Positions 18,771 to 27,334 of a stretch of DNA of 64,000 bases are shown piece after piece (the stretch's first letter is position 1; every line of letters begins with the position of its first letter). The notes below the pieces were generated by a model. The model worked only from the letters and a program-made list of their open reading frames with translations, did no database searches and was not told the origin of the DNA. The position numbers and the translations under genes were made by a program. Source of the stretch: Spirochaetales bacterium (lineage in GTDB: Bacteria; Spirochaetota; Spirochaetia; SZUA-6; RPPD01); NCBI GenBank assembly GCA_016929065.1, contig JAFGJO010000055.1, forward strand, positions 401-64,400, given 5' to 3'.

Positions 18771-19046
18771 GCCTCATTGAATCGGCAAAATTAAACAACT
18801 GAATCCGTTTGAATATTTATATTACATGTATTCGAAAATACCGTACGCCAAAACACAGGAAGATTTTATTTCATTGTTATCGTTCAATCTTGATCCTGAA
18901 AAGATCAAGGGAGGGTAAGATTTAGCGCTTACAAACCTTTGATCGCAGTGTCTTTTTGATACTGCTGGGTAATTGTTTGATGCATAACATCCTCCTTGAA
19001 TTTGTTTCAAGGAGAATTCCAATCGATTTTAAATTTATTCATAAAA

Positions 19047-19145
19047 ATGTCGCAAGATAAGCCGCCGCCGGCAGGCGGTTTTGTTCAACGGCAAGCGCCA
19101 GGTTGGAGCCGAAGGCGGAACGCAGGACGCGCAGTTAGGCGATGT
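19047..19145. mobile_element. attC-like site (one arm degenerate)
   Basis: GTTAGGC core at 19134-19140 (GCCTAAC on the minus strand just after the 19182 stop); gccgaaggc hairpin; aagcgccagg shared with the 16757 site. Confidence 0.6.
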
Positions 19146-19181
19146 ATTTGATTTTTAAAACACAATATTATTTAACACTAA

Positions 19182-19994
19182 TCAAAAAGGTATACCATCA
19201 GGCTCTTTAGTTTTTGACTCATTATGAAATGACAGGAGATTCTTGTTGTTTTGAATCCATTGTATACCGTTTTTAGTAACTACATATGCTTTGTATTCTT
19301 CATTATTATATTCAGTATCAGTCAATATCTTAGTTGCTAAAAAACCTTTTTCTTCCAATGCTGTCACACCAAGAGCTACAGCAATATCATTAAAATTTAA
19401 ACTGAGCATTTTTTGTTTGAGCTGATATTGAGATATACCTCCATCCATTGTTGTCCAATATGCAAATGCGGTAGATAGAATTGCAACCTCATAATCTTTG
19501 AGATCAGATTGTTGTTCAGTTTCCGGTTTTAAAGTTTGAACACTAGACATTCTTGAGTAATCTTTTAACTCATTTTTAGTCCATTTTATGATATTTTTTT
19601 CTAATTCATCATATCCGCTTCTGGAATCAGTACGGTAATATATTACTGGTCTATGTTGAATATCAAAAGGCAGACGACTTCTTTTTGCTTTATCGCATAA
19701 AATAACAGTGGGTCTAAAAAGAGCCAATGCATATCCTAATTCTAACCATACATTTGGATTGTCTTCACTAACTTCGGCGATACAAATTGCTGCAGAACGA
19801 ATATTTGATTCGATTTTTTCAATTATAGGATTTAAACCTAAAATATCGTCTGCTCTTTGAGGATCAACATTTGCCTTTAATAATGCAGGTTTAATAGTTT
19901 CTATATATCTTCTATCATAAGGCCCATTATCAAAGTGTTGGATAACAAAACAAAGTGGTTTGGTATTTTCACTCATATCATGCTCCTTTAACAA
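19182..19994 (-). CDS. Nucleoside 2-deoxyribosyltransferase/TIR-like domain protein with C-terminal winged-helix-like region
   Basis: CFVIQ.F...RADD......I...I..A...IAEVS..NPNVW.ELGYA.AL...LPFDI; AT-rich. Confidence 0.8.
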   Translation of the reverse strand: MLKEHDMSENTKPLCFVIQHFDNGPYDRRYIETIKPALLKANVDPQRADDILGLNPIIEKIESNIRSAAICIAEVSEDNPNVWLELGYALALFRPTVILCDKAKRSRLPFDIQHRPVIYYRTDSRSGYDELEKNIIKWTKNELKDYSRMSSVQTLKPETEQQSDLKDYEVAILSTAFAYWTTMDGGISQYQLKQKMLSLNFNDIAVALGVTALEEKGFLATKILTDTEYNNEEYKAYVVTKNGIQWIQNNKNLLSFHNESKTKEPDGIPF

Positions 19995-20300
19995 TAATTA
20001 TTATTGCTTTAAAATAACATCAAACATATCACCCATCTCCCGGTATCTGCACAAATCTTTACCTGAAAATCATACTCAGATTAACTATCCCCTGCAAGCA
20101 AAAAAAAAGTGGTTATAAATTGGTATTTACGTGGATGATTGAAAGTGTTCCCTAACAAATTATGGAACACTTTCAAACCAATAGGAGTGACCTCAAGGCC
20201 ATTTAAACCGAGCTCTTGAATTTACAGCCAGCTTGACCGCATGGTATTGTATGGATATCAGTTATCCCGTCTCGAACCAGTTTCGAGGCTATTCGCGAAA

Positions 20301-20324
20301 ACGCGCGCGATTGAACGCGTGCGT
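20301..20324 (-). terminator. Probable terminator of the OMP gene
   Basis: acgcacgcg-ttcaat-cgcgcgcgt followed by TTT on the minus strand. Confidence 0.5.
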
Positions 20325-20364
20325 GGGTATTCGTAGTACACTCATCCTGTCTCTTTGTTGCTGT

Positions 20365-20859
20365 TTAGACATCAAACCAGAATCGAAGCCCCAGGGCGAT
20401 TTGTGCCTGGAATTTTTCATAATCCATTTCACTGGCATAAAGCGGAACCCATGCAGGAGCCACCTCCAGAAACATTTCCACTGTTTCGTTGTTGGCCGGC
20501 CAAATCTGAAGCCCAATCGGCAGTCGAAGACCGGCCGAGTACCACAGGGCATCCAGAGTCATTGCTCCGTAAAGGCCAAGGCCAAGATAAAAATTGATGG
20601 CTCCGCTTGTGTGAAAAAGCCAGTAGTCGATGGTCGCGGTGAGCTCGGTTTCACCGCTGAGCTCATTGTAAAAGTTCGCGCCAAAGGCCAAAAACAGCGG
20701 TATTCCCGGCAGGTGAAAAGTAGCCATCGCGCCGAAGGTTTCCGGGCTGGTGTAGATGCCTTCAACGCCGAATGCAAGATCCCGTGTGTTTTTAAGGGAG
20801 AAACCCTGCACAGCAAAAGCCAAAAGGCCGATCAGTACAAGTACAGTCAATTTGTTCAT
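20365..20859 (-). CDS. Small outer-membrane beta-barrel protein (BAPKO_0422/DUF3996-like)
   Basis: Signal peptide; TIDYW, FYLGLGLY, GLRLPIGLQ, EMFLEVAP, ALGLRFWF motifs. Confidence 0.8.
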   Translation of the reverse strand: MNKLTVLVLIGLLAFAVQGFSLKNTRDLAFGVEGIYTSPETFGAMATFHLPGIPLFLAFGANFYNELSGETELTATIDYWLFHTSGAINFYLGLGLYGAMTLDALWYSAGLRLPIGLQIWPANNETVEMFLEVAPAWVPLYASEMDYEKFQAQIALGLRFWFDV

Positions 20860-21110
20860 ATTGCCACCTCTTGAAGATATATTGTATTACTTTTCCGCAG
20901 GGTATCCCATTGAACAACCGCGGTCAATGTCATTGAGGAAAATCATGCCAAAAGGCATATCAGTATAGTTAGAAAAGATGTTCTTCCGCCCTCTTGTTCG
21001 GTTTGATCTATAAATCAGTTTATACTATTGGACAAAACAAAAAAATCGTATAAAATATTTCCGACTGGGAACATTGCATCCTCAACATACTCTTTTAGAG
21101 GTTTTTTTAC

Positions 21111-22901
21111 ATGGCCAAGAAACACAATTACGACGAAAGCAAGGTCAAAACCCTTAGTTCTCTCGAACATATCCGTCTTCGCTCCGGAATGTATATCGGG
21201 CGGCTGGGTGACGGCTCCAATATTGATGACGGTGTTTATATTCTTTTAAAGGAAGTCATCGACAATTCGGTGGACGAATTTATCATGGGGCATGGAACAA
21301 AAATACACATTTCCATCGATGGCAAGCTGGTCAAAGTGCGGGATTACGGACGCGGCATTCCCCTCGGCAAGGTAATTGACTGTGTATCAATTATTAATAC
21401 CGGTGCAAAATACAATGACGACGTGTTTCAGTTCAGCGTCGGATTAAACGGGGTGGGAACCAAGGCGGTCAATGCGCTTTCAAAACACTTTCGGGTGGTT
21501 TCTGTCCGTGACGGGAAATATTTCGAAGCCGTTTTTTCAAAAGGAAAATTGAAAAACAAGGCTGAGGGAACAGCATCAAAAGATAAAGCCGGCACCTATG
21601 TCGAGTTTGAGCCGGATCCGGAAATATTTGGGGAATTCACATTCAACATGGAATACATTGACCAGCGGATGTGGAATTACGCGTACCTTAATTCCGGATT
21701 GACCATGGTCTTCAACAAACAGGAGTACCAGTCCCAGCGGGGCCTGTACGACCTGCTTGAGTCCGAGGTCGGCGATGAACCCGTATACGATATTTCCTAT
21801 TATAAGGGCGACCATATTGAGTTTGCCTTTACTCACACCCAGGCATACGGGGAGACGTACTTTTCGTTTGTAAACGGCCAGTTTACCTCGGACGGCGGGA
21901 CGCATTTAAGCGCGTTCCGCGAGGGGCTCCTGAAGGGTGTCAACGAGTTTTATCAAAAGTCGTATTCCGGAATCGATGTGCGTGAGGGCATCGCCGGTGT
22001 TATATCGGTAAAACTGAAAAGTCCTGTTTTTGAAAGCCAGACAAAAAACAAGCTCGGCAATACCGAAATCCGATCATGGATTATCAATGACACCAAAGCA
22101 GCAGTGGTCGATTTTCTGCATAAAAACAACCTTGCCGCCAAAAAACTCGAAGAGAAGATCGCCAACAATGAGAAACTCCGCAAGGAACTGAATGTTGTCC
22201 GCAAGGAAGCAAAGGACGCGGCCAAAAAAATAGCGCTTAAAATCCCCAACCTCAAGGACTGCAAGGATCACCTTGGAGACAAAAACGGCGAGTACTCCAT
22301 GATTTTCATTACTGAAGGCCAGTCCGCTTCGGGGTCGATGGTTTCATGCCGCGATGTGTACACCCAGGCAATTTTTTCGCTCAAGGGCAAACCGCAGAAC
22401 ATGTTTGACCGCAGGCAGGCGGAGATCTATAAAAATGCCGAGCTGTACAACATGATGATGGCGCTCGGGATCGAAAACGATATCGAAGGCCTGCGGTATG
22501 CCAAAATTGTCATCGCGACCGATGCGGACAACGACGGCTTTCATATCAGAAATTTGCTGATGACCTTTTTCCTGAACTTTTTCGAGGAACTGGTGGTTGC
22601 ACAGCGGGTCTATATTCTTGAAACCCCGCTGTTCCGTGTCCGCAATAAAAAAGAAACCGTGTACTGTTACAGCGAGAAAGAACGCGATGAAGCAACCCAA
22701 CGGCTCGCAAACCCGGAAGTAACCCGGTTCAAGGGACTGGGAGAGATCAGCCCGAACGAGTTTGGACAATTTATCGGCGATAATATACGGCTGGTGAATG
22801 TGAATATCAAAACGATGAAGGAAGTTCCGGGTATCCTGGAATTCTATATGGGAAAAAACACTCCTGAGCGCAGGGAATATATAATGGAGAATTTGATCTG
22901 A
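21111..22901 (+). CDS. parE: DNA topoisomerase IV subunit B
   Basis: LEHIRLRSGMYIG, EVIDNSVDE, GLNGVG, ITEGQSA, ATDADNDG.HI, RFKGLGE. Confidence 0.93.
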   Translation: MAKKHNYDESKVKTLSSLEHIRLRSGMYIGRLGDGSNIDDGVYILLKEVIDNSVDEFIMGHGTKIHISIDGKLVKVRDYGRGIPLGKVIDCVSIINTGAKYNDDVFQFSVGLNGVGTKAVNALSKHFRVVSVRDGKYFEAVFSKGKLKNKAEGTASKDKAGTYVEFEPDPEIFGEFTFNMEYIDQRMWNYAYLNSGLTMVFNKQEYQSQRGLYDLLESEVGDEPVYDISYYKGDHIEFAFTHTQAYGETYFSFVNGQFTSDGGTHLSAFREGLLKGVNEFYQKSYSGIDVREGIAGVISVKLKSPVFESQTKNKLGNTEIRSWIINDTKAAVVDFLHKNNLAAKKLEEKIANNEKLRKELNVVRKEAKDAAKKIALKIPNLKDCKDHLGDKNGEYSMIFITEGQSASGSMVSCRDVYTQAIFSLKGKPQNMFDRRQAEIYKNAELYNMMMALGIENDIEGLRYAKIVIATDADNDGFHIRNLLMTFFLNFFEELVVAQRVYILETPLFRVRNKKETVYCYSEKERDEATQRLANPEVTRFKGLGEISPNEFGQFIGDNIRLVNVNIKTMKEVPGILEFYMGKNTPERREYIMENLI

Positions 22902-22902
22902 T

Positions 22903-25014
22903 ATGGCATATGTAAAAACTCTTTTTGATACCAATTTTCTGGAATACGCTTCTTATGTTATCAAGGACCGGGCTATCCCCCATTTGAATGATGGGCTCAA
23001 ACCCGTGCAGCGGCGTATCCTGCATTCCCTGCTGGAAATGGATGACGGAAAATTCCATAAAGTGGCGAATGTTGTCGGACACTGTATGAAATATCACCCG
23101 CACGGCGATGCATCCATTTATTCGGCGCTCGTTGTGTTGGCAAACAAGGAACTGTTTATCGACCGGCAGGGAAACTTTGGAAATATTTTTACCGGTGATG
23201 AGGCATCCGCTGCCAGGTATATTGAATGCCGAATCCTTCCCCTTGCAAAAAAGATACTGTATAACCCGGAGATTACACGGTATGAGGATTCTTATGACGG
23301 CAGGAACAAAGAGCCGGTCACCTTCCCGGCCAAGGTTCCGCTGGTTTTGGTCATGGGAGCAGAAGGCATCGCAGTCGGGATGTCCACTAAAATACTTCCT
23401 CATAACTTTGTGGAGGTGCTCGAAGCGGTAAAAGGCGGCCTGCGGGGGAAAAAAACCTTGCTTTATCCCGATTTCCTCACAGGGGGCGAAGTGGATGTGT
23501 CGGACTATCAGGACGGAATGGGTAAAGTTCTTGTCCGCGCAAAACTGGATGTTTCTGATCCGAAGCGCATCCTTATTACCGAACTCCCGTTCGGGTCCAC
23601 GACAGAATCGCTGATAACCTCGATAGAAAATGCCGCGAAAAAGAACAAGATCAAGATTGCCGGGATAAATGATTTTACTACTGACAAGGTGGAAATCGAG
23701 ATCAAACTCCAGCGGGGCACCTATACCACAGAGGTCGTTGATGCACTCTATGCGTTTACCGACTGCGAGATGTCGATATCAGTGAACTCACTTATTATAG
23801 TAGAAAAAAACCCGCGGCTCATGACGGTGAGTGAAATTATTGCCCATCACAGCCAGCGGCTTTTGAAGATTCTTTCAGCAGAACTCAAAATCGAAGAGGG
23901 AAAACTGAAAGACAGGCATCATGCGCGGACGCTTGAGCAGATATTCATCCAGGAACGCATTTATAAAAAGATTGAGGACAAAAAGACACAGGCGGGTGTG
24001 GTGAAAGCGGTATTGGACGGATTAAAACCGTTTGCGAATGTTATAAAACGCGAGGTGATCGAGGAAGATGTCGAGCGCCTGTTAAAGATACCGATCCGAA
24101 GAATTTCTTTATATGATATCAACAGGGCGCGGACCGAACTCGAAGAAATCGAAGCCAGACTGAAGGAAGTGCGCAGGCACCTGAAAAATATTATTGAGTA
24201 TGCAGAAGGATTTCTGGACGAGGTGATCCGCGATTATGGAGCACAATTCCAGCGGAAGACCGTGATCACCAGTTTTGAAAAAATCGATGCCCGCGAAGCC
24301 GCTGCAGCACAGCGGAATCTGGATCTGCGGTATGACGAGGAAACCGGGTATATCGGAACCGGTGTCAATACGGGGCGGCTGTTGTTCAAGGTTTCCTCCT
24401 ATGACAGAATTCTGGTGATACGCAGGACCGGTGCGTACTCGGTGATTGATGTACCGGACAGGCTGTTTGTCGACAAGGGAATGTATCACTGCGTGATGGC
24501 CGACAAGGACGAGATGGCCAGAACAGTGATCTCTGCGGTATATAAAAACAAAACCACCGGGCATCCGTATATAAAACGCTGTATCATCGACAAGTTTATC
24601 ATCGGCAAAGGGTACACTCTTGTCGGCGACGAGTTTCAGATGCTCTGTCTGACTGCACAGAAAGACGGGTTTGTTCGTGTACAATATCTTCCGAAACCGC
24701 GGGTAAAAATGACCGAGCAATATTTTAAAATATCCAGCTATCTGGTGAAGGGGATCAAGGCCGGCGGCGTGCGGCTGTCGACCCGCGAGGCAAAGGATGC
24801 AGGTATTGTCGACAGGGAAAAAAAGACTGAAAACACAACCGCTCCCGCGGGAAAAACAGCAGTAAAAAATGTTTCCTTAAAAAAGAAACCGGTTAAAAAA
24901 AAGAAGTTTGTGAAAAAGTCAGCCGGAAATAAAAAGGCTGCTGTGTCAAAAAAGCAGCCGGCAAAAAAATCAGGGCTGCTGCAGAAGATGACAAAAAAAA
25001 GAAAGAAACAATAA
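22903..25014 (+). CDS. parC: DNA topoisomerase IV subunit A with Lys-rich tail
   Basis: DRAIP...DGLKPVQRRIL, YHPHGDASI, SAARYIE (catalytic Tyr). Confidence 0.93.
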   Translation: MAYVKTLFDTNFLEYASYVIKDRAIPHLNDGLKPVQRRILHSLLEMDDGKFHKVANVVGHCMKYHPHGDASIYSALVVLANKELFIDRQGNFGNIFTGDEASAARYIECRILPLAKKILYNPEITRYEDSYDGRNKEPVTFPAKVPLVLVMGAEGIAVGMSTKILPHNFVEVLEAVKGGLRGKKTLLYPDFLTGGEVDVSDYQDGMGKVLVRAKLDVSDPKRILITELPFGSTTESLITSIENAAKKNKIKIAGINDFTTDKVEIEIKLQRGTYTTEVVDALYAFTDCEMSISVNSLIIVEKNPRLMTVSEIIAHHSQRLLKILSAELKIEEGKLKDRHHARTLEQIFIQERIYKKIEDKKTQAGVVKAVLDGLKPFANVIKREVIEEDVERLLKIPIRRISLYDINRARTELEEIEARLKEVRRHLKNIIEYAEGFLDEVIRDYGAQFQRKTVITSFEKIDAREAAAAQRNLDLRYDEETGYIGTGVNTGRLLFKVSSYDRILVIRRTGAYSVIDVPDRLFVDKGMYHCVMADKDEMARTVISAVYKNKTTGHPYIKRCIIDKFIIGKGYTLVGDEFQMLCLTAQKDGFVRVQYLPKPRVKMTEQYFKISSYLVKGIKAGGVRLSTREAKDAGIVDREKKTENTTAPAGKTAVKNVSLKKKPVKKKKFVKKSAGNKKAAVSKKQPAKKSGLLQKMTKKRKKQ

Positions 25015-25059
25015 ACAGCATCACCAGCTTGAGAATCTCAAAAATTTCGCAGTTATAGG

Positions 25060-25161
25060 TCAACACAGAAAAGTGTGGTTAAGAAAAAAGCCTTTACAAA
25101 TCCGGGAAAGAAAATAAAAGCTGTGTCTGCGAAGATATTTAAGAAGTGTTTCCCTCTTCAT
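25060..25161 (-). pseudogene. hicA: HicA toxin remnant (internal deletion)
   Basis: TGATG overlap with hicB; MKRETLLKYLRRH joined directly to RICKG; 33 codons only. Confidence 0.65.
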
Positions 25162-25373
25162 CAGAGCGTAACTATTTCCTTGATCGCATTTCCCGGAATT
25201 CCACGCATGGCATCTTCCCGCCTGTCTTCCAGTATAAGGGATATCGCTTCTTTAAGATTTTGAATACATTCAGCTGTTGTTTTCCCCTGACCATTCGCAC
25301 CGGGAATTTCCGGACAATATCCAATATACCATTCTCCATCTTTTTCCAGAATTGCGGTAAACTCGTTATGCAT
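25161..25373 (-). CDS. hicB: HicB-family antitoxin
   Basis: MHNEFTAILEKDGEWYIGYCPEIPGANGQGKT..EC..NLKEAI.LILEDRREDA. Confidence 0.9.
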   Translation of the reverse strand: MHNEFTAILEKDGEWYIGYCPEIPGANGQGKTTAECIQNLKEAISLILEDRREDAMRGIPGNAIKEIVTL

Positions 25374-25694
25374 ATTTTCCCCCGTTAACTGATTATACTG
25401 TTTTATTTTTGGTTTTTCAATTCCGGTTATCATGCATTCAAACGACGACAGTACCTGTGTGTCGGAATATCTTTCGATTATCCGTGTCGGCTATATCTGT
25501 GGCAACGTTGAAACCGTCGCCAATTTTGACACTGTTTTGAGTATGATATCCTGTAGTTCATACAGTTCACGATAATTTATTTGCGTATCCATGATGGTTA
25601 AGCCTTCCATGTTTGACGAAATAACACTGCGTAAGAAAGATCACGGCGTTTTTCAAGCCGGCCTGAAACCGTAAGTGCCGGCAGCGAGTGCCGA

Positions 25695-25819
25695 AGCTTC
25701 TCAAAATCAGGATCATTGTGCAGTAATTTTTCTTATGCTGTTTCAACATCGATGGTATAGTCGCCCCAAAAGCATTAATCGAGAACTTTACGCAATACGT
25801 TTTGCCTTGCTGAATCCAT
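25695..25819 (-). pseudogene. Decayed small gene with a CFWGDY motif and two in-frame TAA
   Basis: MDSARQNVLRKVLD*CFWGDYTIDVETA*EKLLHNDPDFEK. Confidence 0.45.
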
Positions 25820-25932
25820 ATCAAAAAAATTATACCAGATTAAACAAGAGAAGGGAATGCTGTGCTCATGCCACAGAATGTTTCCGCTGAATTTCCATTC
25901 TGTAAAGCACATATTCATGCTACACTGTACCC

Positions 25933-27102
25933 ATGTCCACCGAATGGTTCGGCAATGCCGTTATCTACCATATTCTGATTGACCGCTTTGCCGGTTTTAC
26001 CGTTCAAGAAAATAAATCTTCCCCAAAACAACCCGGGTTTATGGGGGGAACGCTCTCCGGTATTACCGAAAAGCTCGATTACATACAGAATCTCGGCATG
26101 AATACAATCTGGCTTTCCCCGTTCTATAAAACAACCGCGTATCACGGGTATCATATTACCGATTTTTATTCTGTTGAACCGCGGTTTGGAACGCTTGGTG
26201 ATTTGAAAGTGCTGATAAAAGCTGCTCATGACCGGGGCCTTCGGACTATAGCGGATTTCGTGCCGAATCATTGCAGTTATCAGCATCCCTTTTTCAAAGA
26301 TGCAAAGAGCAATCCGGAAAGCCCCTACCGAAACTGGTTTTTCTTTTCAAAATGGCCGAATAAATACCGGGCGTTTTTTGACTTTTTTGAACTGCCGAAA
26401 CTCAATGTGAATAATCCGGAAACTGCGCAACATCTTTTAGAGGCTGCAGAGTACTGGACAAGGATGGGAATAGACGGATTTCGAATCGACCATGCGGTTG
26501 GAGTCCCGAAAATATTCCTGAAGGATTTGTCCAGGGCAATTAAAAAGGAGAACCCGAATGCTATACTGATTGGCGAGGCCTGGATGGCCAATCCGGGGTG
26601 GAAATATTTACAGGACATTGATTTGCCCAACAAATACCTGCGAAGGCTGTTCGGCTGCATCACCCAGGAGTTTGTCCAGCGTGAATACGTCGGCATCCTG
26701 GATGGCGTTCTGGATTTTTTTGTTCGTGATTTAATGCTCGAGTTTATTGCGCATAAAGACTAGCCAGAATTTCATTCCGGTGTGTTGTGGAAAAAATTGC
26801 AGAAACATTACTCGCAGTATCCAAAAGATTTTTACCTGCCTGTTTTTTTGGACAATCATGATACAAACAGATTTTTGTTTGAATGCGGGGGAAATAGTGA
26901 AAAACTGAAAAGAGGGATGGCGGCCCTCAGGCAGACAGGACAGCCGGTCGTAATCTATTATGGTACAGAAATACAAATGTCTCATGATACTTCGGTTGAT
27001 CAGGGAACGGCTTATTCCGAAGAAGCGGCCCGCGGCAGGATGGTGTGGAATCATGATGACGCAAAATTACGGGAATACATCCGGCACTTGTTTTTGGAAT
27101 AA
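25933..27102 (+). pseudogene. GH13 alpha-amylase/neopullulanase-like gene split by an in-frame TAG (26761-26763)
   Basis: DFVPNH, DGFRIDHA and IGEAW before the stop; FLDNHD and IYYGTE in the same frame after it. Confidence 0.85.
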
Positions 27103-27334
27103 TGTCTGCTATGTATTATGAGAAATGATCCAAAAATCTAAAATATATAAAATATGACTAACACCAATCCCTTATATAAAATATGCTCAACAACAAAAAA
27201 TTGATCAGATATACTATTCCCTTGTTTATGCGTTTTCCTTCATCATGGACAGGAATGTATTGCTTCACATTATTACTTATTAAGTAACAATCAAAAAACG
27301 GAGTTACATTTAAATTTTTTTAGGGGGAATATGT

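Noticed and set aside
18783-19042. Intact cassette gene (ORF 18822-19022)
   Set aside because: The ATG after the attC-like site hits a stop after 11 codons and no frame gives a recognisable protein; probably decayed DNA
26761-26763. Genome-wide TAG recoding or pyrrolysine
   Set aside because: TAG ends several intact genes here (5950, 13281, 18314, 46007) and no pyl genes are visible
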